In this document: piece after piece, positions 9,032 through 19,123 of the stretch | Position numbering within the stretch: the first letter of the stretch is position 1 | How the letters are laid out: each line of letters starts with the position of its first letter | Assembly (NCBI RefSeq): GCF_000175255.2 | Contig: NC_017262.1 | Span: 270,001-302,000 of the forward strand | Direction: 5' to 3' | Origin: Zymomonas mobilis subsp. mobilis ATCC 10988 | Lineage (GTDB): Bacteria > Pseudomonadota > Alphaproteobacteria > Sphingomonadales > Sphingomonadaceae | DNA length: 32,000 nucleotides | Program-made: the position numbers and the translations under genes | The notes under the pieces: generated by a model | Databases searched by the model: none | What the model was told of the DNA's origin: nothing | What the model saw: the letters and a program-made list of their open reading frames with translations, nothing else

Positions 9032-11205
9032 TTCTTTACTGCCCCCTTCTCATTCTTAATCGCCGCTTTTTTGTTGATCCGTTTTTGGGGACGGTAACGC
9101 AGCAAACCAAAGATAATTTTAAGAATGTGTTTCATGGATGCGATGGTTGAAACAGGTTTTTCTTCAGGGCCATAATGCAGCCATGCATCGGCCTGACCCA
9201 TCAATGCCGCGACCAGCTTTTTCTGTTCTGGCATCGAGGCTGCTTCAAATTGCAGACGGACGAGAGAACCACTTTTACTCACGATTTTAGTCGGCAAGGC
9301 AAAAGACCGATTATCTACTTTCATAGAAATTTCGGAAATCTCCCTATCCGCTAATTCGTAATTTTTGGGTAAGGAAAAGGCTAACCCACCTAATGAGATA
9401 TTGTCTGTAACGCTATCAATGACATGTCCGTCTTCAAAATAGGCGGTAAAAGGAATACGGAACGGAAAACGAACTGTATTTCTGATCTGCCTACTTTCAT
9501 GGGCGACGGCAATAGATGCCAACAAGATAATAAAATTGAAACTTGCCCAAGTAACATTCAGCACCAAAACAGAGGGCTGAATATGAAAATAACTGGAATA
9601 AATAAGTTTTACGATCCCGACGATCAAACCGAAAAACAGAAAGCCTGCGGTAATAATATGAGGGCGAGCAGACTGAAAATCGAAATAATCGTCTTCCATC
9701 CTTTCACCCTTATCGGTGACGTTAAAGCTACCTTTTTTGGGGTTAAGAAAGGTAATGAGCGTCGGTTTTATCAAATGAAAAGCCAAAAGCGTTTCATTGA
9801 TTTCACCCCAGAAAGGTTGCCTTCGTCCATTACTTAATCTTTCATGCGCCCAAAGCGACATGAAAAGATGTGGAACAACATAAGCAAAAACCATTATAGC
9901 CGAAGCGTGAATAATACTGGAGTTAAACAGGATGAAAGCCAGAGGTGAAATCAGAAAGATAACCCGAGGCAAGGCGAATTGATAATGCAGCAACGCATTC
10001 ATATAGCAAAGCCGCTGGGCAATGGTGAGCCCCCGTCCCCATAACGGATTATCAATTCTTAAAATCTGGGTCATACCGCGCGCCCAACGAGCACGCTGCT
10101 TGATATGCGCCAAGAGCGTATCGGTTGCGAGCCCCGCGGAAAGCCTGATATTAATATAGGCGGTATCCCATCCACGCCTCTGAAGTTTCAGAGCAGTATG
10201 GGCATCTTCCGTCACCGTTTCTCCAGAAAAGCCGTCATTTTCTTCCAAGGCTTCGCGACGAAGAATAGCGCAAGAACCGCAAAAGAAGGTGGCATCCCAT
10301 AGATCATTACCGCGTTGCACCGTGCCATAAAACAGCTCGTTATCACCTGGTAATTCATCACCACCTGGGACGTTTCTTTGGATCGGATCAGGGGAATAGA
10401 AGAAATGCGGCGTTTGAACTAAAGCCAGATTAGGCTCTTTTTGTAACCACCCAACCGTTAACTGCAAAAAGGCCCTTGTTGGCACATGGTCACAGTCAAA
10501 AATGCAGACTAATTCACCCTTGGTCTTTTTCAAGGCCGCATTTAGGTTACCCGCCTTGGCATTCAGATTATCATTACGGGTTAAATAATGGCATCCCGCC
10601 TCTTCTGCAAAAAGGCGGAATTCTTCTCGATGACCATCATCCAACAGATAAACGTTAAAGCGGTCTTTTGGATAATCCATTCCCAAAGCCGCAAAAACGG
10701 TATTCTGAACGATTTCCATGCTTTCGTTATAAGTCGGAATAAAGACATCAACTGTAGGTAACTCTTCATCCTCGCCTGATAACGGGACAACAGGACGCTG
10801 CATCGGCCATAAAATCTGGAACAACCCCAATATAAGAATAGCCCATGCATAAAGCTCTGCCATAAACAGAACACCACCAAAAACGGCGTCCATGATGTGG
10901 TCAAAACGCAATGTTTGCGTAATGCGCCAAAAGATATATCGGGTCGAAGTCAGAATAGAGGAAAGACAGATAACAATAGAGGCAAAATGGCTTGGGCTGC
11001 GATCAATCAGCAGCGTCAATCCCATAAAGAAAATGCCATAGACCCATTGATAATAAAGCGGTAGCGGAACAGCAACCACCATAAGAGCAGCAACGGTAAT
11101 CAAGCAAAGCAATGGCCATTGCAGAGTGGAATCCCACAAATGCTCTAAAATATATTTAGCTTCAGAAAGCGTGTTTTTAATTTTTATACGGCTTTTATGA
11201 AGCAT
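9028..11205 (-). CDS. bcsA: Cellulose synthase catalytic subunit (UDP-forming) with C-terminal PilZ domain
   Basis: GT2 motifs are present: YLLDDG, FDCDH, VTEDAHT and QRARWARG (QxxRW). PilZ motifs are present: RNTVR (RxxxR) and NISLGG (D/NxSxxG) at nt ~9385-9492. There are multiple TM helices. The track start is ATG 11223, but I prefer ATG 11205 because a perfect GGAGG lies 9 nt upstream of it. Confidence 0.95.
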   Translation of the reverse strand: MLHKSRIKIKNTLSEAKYILEHLWDSTLQWPLLCLITVAALMVVAVPLPLYYQWVYGIFFMGLTLLIDRSPSHFASIVICLSSILTSTRYIFWRITQTLRFDHIMDAVFGGVLFMAELYAWAILILGLFQILWPMQRPVVPLSGEDEELPTVDVFIPTYNESMEIVQNTVFAALGMDYPKDRFNVYLLDDGHREEFRLFAEEAGCHYLTRNDNLNAKAGNLNAALKKTKGELVCIFDCDHVPTRAFLQLTVGWLQKEPNLALVQTPHFFYSPDPIQRNVPGGDELPGDNELFYGTVQRGNDLWDATFFCGSCAILRREALEENDGFSGETVTEDAHTALKLQRRGWDTAYINIRLSAGLATDTLLAHIKQRARWARGMTQILRIDNPLWGRGLTIAQRLCYMNALLHYQFALPRVIFLISPLAFILFNSSIIHASAIMVFAYVVPHLFMSLWAHERLSNGRRQPFWGEINETLLAFHLIKPTLITFLNPKKGSFNVTDKGERMEDDYFDFQSARPHIITAGFLFFGLIVGIVKLIYSSYFHIQPSVLVLNVTWASFNFIILLASIAVAHESRQIRNTVRFPFRIPFTAYFEDGHVIDSVTDNISLGGLAFSLPKNYELADREISEISMKVDNRSFALPTKIVSKSGSLVRLQFEAASMPEQKKLVAALMGQADAWLHYGPEEKPVSTIASMKHILKIIFGLLRYRPQKRINKKAAIKNEKGAVKK

Positions 11206-11815
11206 CGGCGGATACCTCCGCATGACGCGAAATATTCATTTCTATCATTCTTAAAAGCTGATGGGCGCAGTTATCAAAATCTTTTAAGGCGACAGAGGTC
11301 GGCGCATAAAGATGTAAAGGCTGTAATTTTCCCAAGGCTTCATTTACCGCTTCATCCTGACGGATGATGCCGATTAAATTGTCTTGAACCATGTCCTGCA
11401 CAAATTGAGAAGCCGCACGAGGAAAATTATAGCGGTCATTTTCATTATTGATGATGTAGTAATGCTGCTTGTCAAAGGCTTCAGGAAACAGAGCCATACA
11501 TCCTGCATTGGGAGACAAAATGGAAATATGAAGAATGTTTTCTTGAGCTATGCTGGATTTAGGGATTTCCGTTCCTAGATCCGCAAGAGTAATCCCTGAA
11601 AAATCCTGCGAAGCCTGATATAATTCATCCATCGTTTCGACAGACAAAAAGGGGATTTCTTCTTCTTGTACGCCGATATGAAAGTTAAGGGATTGTTGGT
11701 GCGTTAAATCCGCAATAGCCACCTTCCGCTTAAGACGAAGGAGCGAGAGAGCGATATTAGCCGCAACAGTGGAAACGCCCACCCCCCCTTTGAAAGAATG
11801 AAACAGCACCAACAT
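11195..11815 (-). CDS. bcsQ: BcsQ (YhjQ)-like ParA/MinD-family ATPase of the cellulose synthase operon
   Basis: 206 aa with an N-terminal MLVLFHSFKGGVGVSTVAANIA. This is a deviant Walker A without the signature Lys, as in E. coli BcsQ (RGGVGTTT). It sits immediately upstream of bcsA and overlaps it. Confidence 0.8.
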   Translation of the reverse strand: MLVLFHSFKGGVGVSTVAANIALSLLRLKRKVAIADLTHQQSLNFHIGVQEEEIPFLSVETMDELYQASQDFSGITLADLGTEIPKSSIAQENILHISILSPNAGCMALFPEAFDKQHYYIINNENDRYNFPRAASQFVQDMVQDNLIGIIRQDEAVNEALGKLQPLHLYAPTSVALKDFDNCAHQLLRMIEMNISRHAEVSADAS

Positions 11816-11867
11816 AAAAAAACTTTCTTAAAAGAAATGTAGCTTTTTAAGGCTAACTTAATAATAT

Positions 11868-12053
11868 TTACTTCAAATTTTTGACGTTTTGCTTGTTTTT
11901 CCAAGCAATATAGTCCGCAGCTTTTTCCAAAAGAGGCCAATTATGCCATTCTACAGGGTTGCGGTTATCGTAGGTACGATAAGAAAAGTCAGGCTGGCTG
12001 ATATCTTTTAGAAGATTGTTAACGTCCTGCGGTATAATATTTTCCTTAGACAT
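11868..12053 (-). CDS. bcsR: BcsR (YhjR)-like small cellulose biosynthesis protein
   Basis: 61 aa, located 52 nt upstream of bcsQ, with AAGGAAG 6 nt before the ATG. The pattern D-x3-L-x3-S-x-PD-x-x-Y...WPLLEKAA resembles my recollection of E. coli BcsR (...SLPDIDY...RWPLLAEFA), and size and position match. This is a motif-level call only. Confidence 0.55.
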   Translation of the reverse strand: MSKENIIPQDVNNLLKDISQPDFSYRTYDNRNPVEWHNWPLLEKAADYIAWKNKQNVKNLK

Positions 12054-12126
12054 AAAGTCTTCCTTAAAATTTTACCGCTACAGATTTTATAATAGGTTTA
12101 GACAAGAAAAGTAAAATATAAGTTAA

Positions 12127-12162
12127 TAAAAAAATAAGGGCACCGAAAAACGATGCCCTTAT
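12127..12162 (-). terminator. Rho-independent terminator of the rpsP-rimM-trmD-rplS operon
   Basis: On the minus strand: ATAAGGGCA, an 11-nt loop, TGCCCTTAT (9-bp stem), then a run of 7 T. It starts 34 nt after the rplS stop and separates the ribosomal operon from the bcs cluster. Confidence 0.7.
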
Positions 12163-12195
12163 TTATAAAAAAACTTTAAAAGTTTTTAGTCAAAA

Positions 12196-12570
12196 TTATT
12201 TGCTGGGGCGAACATCGCGACGTTCTGCGATACGAGCAGCCTTACCTCTGCGGCCACGCAGATAGTAAAGTTTAGCGCGACGAACGACACCACGGCGAAC
12301 AACTTCGATGGAATCAACATTCGGTGAATAAAGCGGGAAAACGCGTTCAACACCTTCACCGAAGGAAATTTTCCGAACCGTGAAAGAAGAACCAATAGCT
12401 TTATTGGAACGGGCGATGCAGACACCTTCATAGAACTGAATACGGATGCGTTCGCCTTCAACAACGCGCACACCAACTTTTAAAGTATCACCAGCCCGAA
12501 AGTCAGGAATAGACTTCTGTTCTTGTAATTTGGCGATCTGTTCGGCTTCAAGAGTCTGAATAAGATTCAT
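12196..12570 (-). CDS. rplS: 50S ribosomal protein L19
   Basis: 124 aa, [12 protein letters not shown]...[32 protein letters not shown]...[10 protein letters not shown]. This is canonical L19. There is a 4-nt overlap with the trmD stop. Confidence 0.97.
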   Translation of the reverse strand: MNLIQTLEAEQIAKLQEQKSIPDFRAGDTLKVGVRVVEGERIRIQFYEGVCIARSNKAIGSSFTVRKISFGEGVERVFPLYSPNVDSIEVVRRGVVRRAKLYYLRGRRGKAARIAERRDVRPSK

Positions 12571-13316
12571 TTTTCATTCCTGTCTTTTTTGTTACGCGCC
12601 AGAGGGCGACTAGCCTGAACGCTCCTATAGCGTTCCCAAAGATCCGGCCGCCTTAACCTTGTATCGCGCTCTGCCATAGCTTGCCGCCATGCCTTGATAT
12701 GCGCGTGATTCCCAGATCGTAACACTTCGGGAATCGATAACCCTTCCCATTCAACTGGACGGGTATATTGGGGATATTCCAGCAAGCCTGTTTCAAAGCT
12801 TTCGTCTTCCCCACTTGTGATTTTGCCCATTACGCCAGGTATCAGTCGGATGCAAGCATCTAACAGGGTCAACGCTGCCATTTCGCCGCCTGACAGGATA
12901 TAATCTCCAATAGAAACCGGCTCGATAGCTCTTTTTTCAAAAAGCCGTTCATCCATTCCTTCAAAGCGACCACAAATAATAATAGCGCCCGCCCCTTCAG
13001 ATAATTGTCTGACTTTTGATTGCGTCAACGGATAACCCCGTGGGGTCATTGCTAAAATCGGTAAATCAGGATGCTTTTCACAGCTATGATCCAAAGCCCG
13101 TGCCAGAATATCGGCTCGCATCACCATACCGGCACCACCACCCGAAGGCGTATCATCGACCGTATGATGGCGATCATTTGCAAAATCGCGGATAGCCACC
13201 GTTTCCAGTGACCAGATATTATTCTCCAAAGCACGGCCTGCAAGGCTATGCCCTAAAGGCCCCGGAAACATTTCTGGATAAAGGGTAAGAATCGACGCAG
13301 AAAAAGGCTTGTTCAT
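12567..13316 (-). CDS. trmD: tRNA (guanine37-N1)-methyltransferase
   Basis: 249 aa with the TrmD motifs [31 protein letters not shown] and YPQYTRP. Conserved rimM-trmD-rplS context. Confidence 0.97.
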   Translation of the reverse strand: MNKPFSASILTLYPEMFPGPLGHSLAGRALENNIWSLETVAIRDFANDRHHTVDDTPSGGGAGMVMRADILARALDHSCEKHPDLPILAMTPRGYPLTQSKVRQLSEGAGAIIICGRFEGMDERLFEKRAIEPVSIGDYILSGGEMAALTLLDACIRLIPGVMGKITSGEDESFETGLLEYPQYTRPVEWEGLSIPEVLRSGNHAHIKAWRQAMAERDTRLRRPDLWERYRSVQASRPLARNKKDRNEK

Positions 13317-13804
13317 TCGATAAAATCGGCTGCAATAACGAGATGGTCATCATGGACATCAACCGCTTGGGCGATAGGCACCATAAAACGCTTTTCGTCC
13401 GCTTTTTCAATTTCAAGAATATCGCCTGCGCCATAATTTTCGACCGCGACAGAAACGCCAATAGATTGGCCTGACGAGTCAACACAAGGCAAACCGATTA
13501 AATCGATATAGTAATATTCATCCGCCGGTAAATCAGGCAGAGCTTTTCTTGGAACCGTCAAAGCGGTGCCACGCAAGGCCTCTGCCTGATTACGATCGGT
13601 TATTTCTGAAAAACGGGCAACCCACCCTTTGGGATCAGGCCGCAATTTTTTCAGAGTCAAAGGCGTGCCATTTGCACTAAAAATGCCATAGGCCTTAAAT
13701 TGTGCCGCATCTTCGGTGAAAGGCTTTAGCCGCACCTCTCCTGTTATACCATGCGCCCCCGTAACAACGGCGAGGGTAATCAGGCGATCGGGTGCGGCAA
13801 CCAT
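13313..13804 (-). CDS. rimM: 16S rRNA processing protein RimM
   Basis: 163 aa; [17 protein letters not shown] and a PRC-barrel-like C-terminus. It lies between rpsP and trmD. Confidence 0.94.
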   Translation of the reverse strand: MVAAPDRLITLAVVTGAHGITGEVRLKPFTEDAAQFKAYGIFSANGTPLTLKKLRPDPKGWVARFSEITDRNQAEALRGTALTVPRKALPDLPADEYYYIDLIGLPCVDSSGQSIGVSVAVENYGAGDILEIEKADEKRFMVPIAQAVDVHDDHLVIAADFIE

Positions 13805-13807
13805 GAC

Positions 13808-14239
13808 TTAAGCTTCTTCAGAGTTAGAAGCGGCTTCTTCGGCAGGAGCCTGTTCTTCAGCAGCCGGTGCTTCGGCAGCAGCCTTAGCAGCTTCAGCGGC
13901 ATCAGCAGCCTTCTGGGCGCGTTCTTCAGCGCGTTCTTTAGCTTTTTCACCCGGAACAGCTTTGTTCGGGTTATTGCGTGCTTTGCGTTCCAGAAGACCA
14001 GCGGCATCGAGGAAGCGAGCAACACGATCAGTCGGCTGTGCGCCAACGGACAACCAATGACGAGCGCGATCGAGATCAACGATTACGCGGTTTTCATTGT
14101 CTTTCGGAAGCTGCGGATTGTAGCTGCCGATTTTCTCGATGAAAGAACCATCGCGCGGGCTGCGGGAATTCGCAATAACGATACGATAAAACGGACGGCG
14201 TTTTGCACCACCACGAGAGAGACGAATTGAAACGGCCAT
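13808..14239 (-). CDS. rpsP: 30S ribosomal protein S16 with Ala/Glu-rich C-terminal extension
   Basis: [42 protein letters not shown] is canonical S16. The C-terminal ~50 aa are low-complexity A/E/K. Confidence 0.97.
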
Positions 14240-14269
14240 TAAATTTTCCTTTCACCAAATAAAAATCAA

Positions 14270-15694
14270 TTATTTACGACCGAAGCCGCCAAAACCCGGG
14301 GGAAGCCCCGGCATACCACCACCGGGGGGCATCATCGGTGGCATACCACCATCAGCCCCCCCGCCCAGCATTTTCATTAAACCTTTGATACCGCCTAATT
14401 TTTTGAGGCGCTTCATTGCCGAAGACATTTCCTGATGCATTTTCAGCAAACGGTTGATTTCTTGAACCGTCGTGCCTGAACCTTTTGCAATCCGGATTTT
14501 TCTTTTGGCGTTGATCAATTCAGGCCGGATGCGTTCTTTCGGGGTCATGGAATCAATCATCGCTTCCATTTTAACGAGGATACGATCATCAACCTGACCA
14601 TTGGCCATAGCATTTTTGATCTGCTTGACCCCGGGAAGCATAGACGCCAAAGCCCCCATACCCCCCATGCGCCGCATTTGGCTGAATTGTTTTTTCAGGT
14701 CATTAAAATCGAAACGCCCCTTGGCCATTTTGGCAGCCAAGGCTTCTGCGTCTTCTTTCTCGATCGTTTCGCTTGCTTTTTCAACAAGGGAGATAATATC
14801 ACCCATGCCCAAAATGCGGTTTGCAACACGATCAGGATGAAAAGGCGAAAGACCATCGAGCTTTTCGCTGGTGCCGACAAATTTGATCGGCTTTCCGGTA
14901 ACCGCCCGCATCGAAAGGGCAGCACCCCCACGGGCATCGCCATCCATACGGGTTAAAATGACACCAGTCAGATCAACCTGTTCGGAAAAGCTTCTTGCGA
15001 TATTGACGGCATCTTGCCCGGCCAAGGCATCAACAACCAGCAAAGTCTCTGCTGGCTGGCTGCTATCGGCCACGGCCTTCATTTCATCCATCAACAACTG
15101 GTCAATATGAAGACGACCAGCCGTATCGAGAATAACGACATCATAGCCTTGCAAGCGAGCAGACGTCAGCGCGCGCTGGGCGATTTCAACCGGTTGTTGA
15201 CCAGCAATAATCGGTAAGGTTGGAACATCAGCCTGCTGCCCTAAGGTAGCCAACTGTTCTTGCGCCGCCGGACGATGGACATCCAAAGAAGCCATTAAAA
15301 CCTTTTTATGGTCTTTTTCTTTCAGCTTCTTACCGAGTTTGGCAGAGGTCGTTGTTTTACCTGATCCCTGCAAACCGACCATCAAAATAACGGCGGGCGG
15401 GTTGACGGCCAGATTAAGATCGCTGGTATCAGAACCCAGCATCTCAACCAGCGCATCATAGACAATCTTGACGACTTGCTGTCCGGGCGTCACCGATTTT
15501 AAAACATTATGGCCAATCGCTTTTTCGGTAATTTTGCTCACAAAATCCCGAACAACAGGCAGGGCAACATCCGCTTCCAAAAGGGCAATGCGAACTTCGC
15601 GCATAGCTTGCCGGACATCATCCTCGGTCAGGGCGCCACGGCCACGCAGCCGATCAAAGACACCGCTTAAACGCTCGCTTAGACTGCCGAACAT
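14270..15694 (-). CDS. ffh: Signal recognition particle protein Ffh
   Basis: NG domain (GLQGSGKTTT, DTAGR, TRMDGD), an M domain, and a Gly/Pro/Met-rich tail. The track start is 15700 (MAMFGSL). I prefer ATG 15694 (MFGSLSERLSG) because AGGAAGG lies 7 nt upstream and it matches the usual Ffh N-terminus. Confidence 0.96.
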   Translation of the reverse strand: MFGSLSERLSGVFDRLRGRGALTEDDVRQAMREVRIALLEADVALPVVRDFVSKITEKAIGHNVLKSVTPGQQVVKIVYDALVEMLGSDTSDLNLAVNPPAVILMVGLQGSGKTTTSAKLGKKLKEKDHKKVLMASLDVHRPAAQEQLATLGQQADVPTLPIIAGQQPVEIAQRALTSARLQGYDVVILDTAGRLHIDQLLMDEMKAVADSSQPAETLLVVDALAGQDAVNIARSFSEQVDLTGVILTRMDGDARGGAALSMRAVTGKPIKFVGTSEKLDGLSPFHPDRVANRILGMGDIISLVEKASETIEKEDAEALAAKMAKGRFDFNDLKKQFSQMRRMGGMGALASMLPGVKQIKNAMANGQVDDRILVKMEAMIDSMTPKERIRPELINAKRKIRIAKGSGTTVQEINRLLKMHQEMSSAMKRLKKLGGIKGLMKMLGGGADGGMPPMMPPGGGMPGLPPGFGGFGRK

Positions 15695-16053
15695 CGCCAT
15701 CCCTTCCTGATGTTATGCCATGACCTAAAAAGTCAGGGCAAAGCTAAAAGACCAAAATTTATCGCAACCTTAAAAACGCAAAATACGCCGGTGGGCGAAA
15801 ATTCGCTGACCAGCGTGCGGTATTAAGACCTGATATAAAATTTTTACCCTTCTAGGCTTATATGATGCCCTTTGCAAGATTATAATGAACAATTCTTACA
15901 ACCTAAAAGCTTCGGGTAAAATCATAGGCAGAATCCCTGTCAATAAGGATGCCACAGGCTTAAAATCCAGCTAACAGGGCGAAACACACGCGAATAATTG
16001 AAAAAAACGGTCGGTGAATTCCCCCGAAAAGAAAAATCCGCTAGAGGGACGAT

Positions 16054-16863
16054 ATGACTTTCTCTTTCCATAAAATGCATGGGCTTGGTAACGATTTTAT
16101 TGTTCTTGATGCCCGAAAAAATCCTATCCAAATGAATCCGGCGTTAGCGCAGGCTTTAAGCAATCGTCATACCGGCATCGGCTGTGACCAGCTTATCATT
16201 ATTGGTAATGGCAAAAATCAGGCCGATGTTTCGATGGAAATATGGAATGCAGATGGTTCCGAAGTCGAAGCCTGCGGTAATGCCACCCGTTGTGTCCCTG
16301 TTTTCTTAGGACGGGATGTCATTATCAGCACCGCCGCCGGTCTACTGGATGCTCGTCTTTCTGATGAAGGTGCTTGCGTTGATATGGGTAGACCCCGCCT
16401 GTCATGGGATGAAATACCCCTCGCCTATGCGATGGATACGCTTTCTATGCCGGTTGCATGGGAAGATTTGAAAGAACCGACGGCTGTCAATATGGGCAAT
16501 CCTCATGTTGTTTTTGTCGTCGATGATGTTGATGCCGTCGATTTCGGAAGATTAGGCAACATAATCGAGCATGACCAGCTTTTCCCTGAGAGGATTAACG
16601 TCAATATCGTCATGGTTACGGGCAAAAATCACCTTAAAATGAGAACTTGGGAACGGGGTGCCGGATTAACCCGTGCTTGTGGCACGGGAGCTTGTGCGAC
16701 CTTCGTTGCGGCCAAAAGGCGGCGGCTGATTTCTGGCAAAACGCAAATAGATCTTCCCGGAGGAAGACTTGTCTTGGACGAGAATAGCGAAGGCCATATC
16801 ATTATGCGGGGGCCCGCGACCTATGTATTTAAAGGCGAAGCGGATTGGGCAAGTTTTTCATGA
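16054..16863 (+). CDS. dapF: Diaminopimelate epimerase
   Basis: 269 aa; FHKMHGLGNDFIVLD, and both catalytic Cys motifs (CGNATRC and ACGTGACA). Confidence 0.95.
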   Translation: MTFSFHKMHGLGNDFIVLDARKNPIQMNPALAQALSNRHTGIGCDQLIIIGNGKNQADVSMEIWNADGSEVEACGNATRCVPVFLGRDVIISTAAGLLDARLSDEGACVDMGRPRLSWDEIPLAYAMDTLSMPVAWEDLKEPTAVNMGNPHVVFVVDDVDAVDFGRLGNIIEHDQLFPERINVNIVMVTGKNHLKMRTWERGAGLTRACGTGACATFVAAKRRRLISGKTQIDLPGGRLVLDENSEGHIIMRGPATYVFKGEADWASFS

Positions 16864-18119
16864 GTTCACCGGATATCATTACATTAGGTTGTCGTCTCAA
16901 TATCGCTGAAAGTGAAGCCATCAAACAGGCTTTGACTGATAAAGACGGCAGTCAGGATTTAATCGTTGTTAATAGCTGCGCTGTGACATCCCGTGCGGTA
17001 GCACAAACGCGTCAGGCTATCAGAAAAGCTAGTCGAGAGAGACCAAACGCCCGTATCGTTGTTACAGGCTGCGCTGCCCAGATCGATCCGAAAATTTTCG
17101 CCGATATGCCCGAAGTTTCGCGCGTTATCGGTAATGTCGAAAAGCATCAGGCAGAATCCTTTGCTTTTTCAGGGAGTGATGAAGAAGCGCGGATACAGGT
17201 CACGGATATCAATAGCCTAAAAGAAACAACGCCCCATCTGATCGCGGCTTTCAGTGAACATAGTCGGGCTTTTCTTGAAATTCAGAATGGCTGCAATCAC
17301 CATTGTAGCTTTTGCATTATTCCACAAGGGCGGGGTCGCAACCGTTCAGCCTCTTTTGATGATATTCTTGATTGCGCCCGCAAACTTATCAATAACGGGC
17401 ATCAGGAATTAGTTCTGACGGGTGTCGATCTGACTTCCTATGGTCAAGATTTAACTAGCCCCAGTAATCTCGGTGAATTAGTCGCTTTTCTTCTGAAAAA
17501 GCTCAAAAATCTGAAAAGACTTCGGCTTTCTTCGCTTGACCCTGACGGTATTGATCCCTTGCTGATGGCACTCATTACCGAAGATGAACGCATCATGCCG
17601 CATATTCATCTGTCCTTGCAGGCCGGCGATAATACTATTCTGAAAAGAATGCGGCGGCGGCATAGTCGGGAACAAGCGATTGAGCTAGTAGCCAGTTTGA
17701 AAAAACGCCGTCCAGAAATCGCTATTGGTGCCGATATCATTGCGGGTTTCCCAACCGAAGACGAGGAAATGGCAGCCAATAGTCTGCGAATGATAGATGA
17801 ATGTGATATCGTTTTCGGGCATATTTTCCCTTACTCCCCTCGCCAAGGTACACCTGCGGCCAAAATGCCCCAAGTCCATACGCCTTTGATTAAAGAGCGC
17901 GCTCAAAAATTAAGGGAAGCGGCTAATCGACGACAAGCGGAATGGTTAAAAACATTGGTGGGTAGTCGGCAATCTGTCCTGTTGGAAGGTGAAGGCGGAC
18001 GTGGACATACACCCCAATTTGCGCCTATCCGCCTAAGCGAAGCGGTCGAAGCAAGCGGCATTGTCGATATTATGGTGACCGGCACAGATAAAGATGGCCT
18101 GATTGGGAAGAAATTATGA
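16860..18119 (+). CDS. mtaB: MiaB-like radical-SAM tRNA methylthiotransferase (MtaB type)
   Basis: N-terminal UPF0004 domain (TLGCRLNIAESE), a radical-SAM CNHHCSFC cluster motif, and a TRAM-like C-terminus. The track start is TTG 16845. I prefer ATG 16860, which forms an ATGA overlap with the dapF stop. The dapF-mtaB-ftsY order is conserved in alphaproteobacteria. Confidence 0.9.
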   Translation: MSSPDIITLGCRLNIAESEAIKQALTDKDGSQDLIVVNSCAVTSRAVAQTRQAIRKASRERPNARIVVTGCAAQIDPKIFADMPEVSRVIGNVEKHQAESFAFSGSDEEARIQVTDINSLKETTPHLIAAFSEHSRAFLEIQNGCNHHCSFCIIPQGRGRNRSASFDDILDCARKLINNGHQELVLTGVDLTSYGQDLTSPSNLGELVAFLLKKLKNLKRLRLSSLDPDGIDPLLMALITEDERIMPHIHLSLQAGDNTILKRMRRRHSREQAIELVASLKKRRPEIAIGADIIAGFPTEDEEMAANSLRMIDECDIVFGHIFPYSPRQGTPAAKMPQVHTPLIKERAQKLREAANRRQAEWLKTLVGSRQSVLLEGEGGRGHTPQFAPIRLSEAVEASGIVDIMVTGTDKDGLIGKKL

Positions 18120-19048
18120 GTGAAGAAACACCTTGGTATAAAAAAATCGGTTTTGGTCTCAAACGGACATCTGAACGGTTAACAGAAAATCTGTCATCCA
18201 TTGCGTTAAAAGCGGCCTTGGATGACGAAACGCTTGATGAAATCGAAGAAACCCTGATCGCCTGTGACTTAGGCCCTGGTACCGCAGGTCGTATTCGTGA
18301 ACGTCTGGCAGGCGAACGCTTTCCGCAAGGCGTGACGGAACTCGAAGTTCGCGAAGTCGTCGCGCAGGAAATCGCCAAAATTTTGAAGCCTGTTGCTAAA
18401 CCCATCGAAATTGATGCTTTCCCAAGACCGCAAGTCATTCTGGTCATTGGTGTCAATGGTTCAGGAAAAACAACGACTATCGCCAAATTGGCACATTGGT
18501 TTCAGGAACTCGATTACGAGGTCATGCTTGTCGCTGGTGATACTTTCAGAGCCGCCGCGATCGGACAATTAAAAGTTTGGGCGGAAAGACTAGAAATCCC
18601 GATCATCAGCGGGGCTGAAGGTGCCGATGCGGCCAGCCTTGTTTTCCAAGGGGTTAAAGAAGGCACAGCTCAAGGTACGGATACCTTAATTGTGGATACT
18701 GCAGGCCGCCTTCAGAATAAAAGCGGCTTGATGGATGAATTGGCTAAAATCAAAAAGGTTTTAGGACGACTTAATCCGGCCGCCCCGCATAATGTTATTC
18801 TGGTACTGGATGCCACCAATGGTCAAAACGCGCTTTCCCAGATCGAAGTTTTCAAAGAAATCGCGGGTGTCTCTGGCCTTATCATGACCAAGCTCGATGG
18901 CACAGCACGGGGCGGTATCATGGTGGCGGCGGCTGAAAAATACGGTTTGCCTATCCACGCGATCGGGGTTGGTGAAAGCATGGATGATTTACGTCCCTTC
19001 GATCCAGAAGCGGTTGCCCGTGCGATTGTCGGTTTACCGCATCAATAA
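18116..19048 (+). CDS. ftsY: Signal recognition particle receptor FtsY (short form, NG domain only)
   Basis: 310 aa; GVNGSGKTTT, DTAGRL and TKLDGTARGG motifs. ATGA overlap with the mtaB stop. Confidence 0.95.
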   Translation: MSEETPWYKKIGFGLKRTSERLTENLSSIALKAALDDETLDEIEETLIACDLGPGTAGRIRERLAGERFPQGVTELEVREVVAQEIAKILKPVAKPIEIDAFPRPQVILVIGVNGSGKTTTIAKLAHWFQELDYEVMLVAGDTFRAAAIGQLKVWAERLEIPIISGAEGADAASLVFQGVKEGTAQGTDTLIVDTAGRLQNKSGLMDELAKIKKVLGRLNPAAPHNVILVLDATNGQNALSQIEVFKEIAGVSGLIMTKLDGTARGGIMVAAAEKYGLPIHAIGVGESMDDLRPFDPEAVARAIVGLPHQ

Positions 19049-19123
19049 CCTCTTTTTCGCGATTAAAGGCCGCTGTCTAAGAATAATCCTCGACATTAGG
19101 GTGATTTTTGGTATCACCCTTCC

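Noticed and set aside
13751-14230. 159-aa (+) and 99-aa (-) ORFs overlapping rpsP
   Set aside because: These are artefacts of the stop-poor Ala/Glu-rich tail of S16, whose GCN/GAR repeats read open in several frames. The S16 frame is unambiguous.
15940-16131. 63-aa minus-strand ORF in the ffh/dapF divergent region
   Set aside because: It overlaps the dapF start and its promoter region, has no SD and no motifs, and is probably non-coding.
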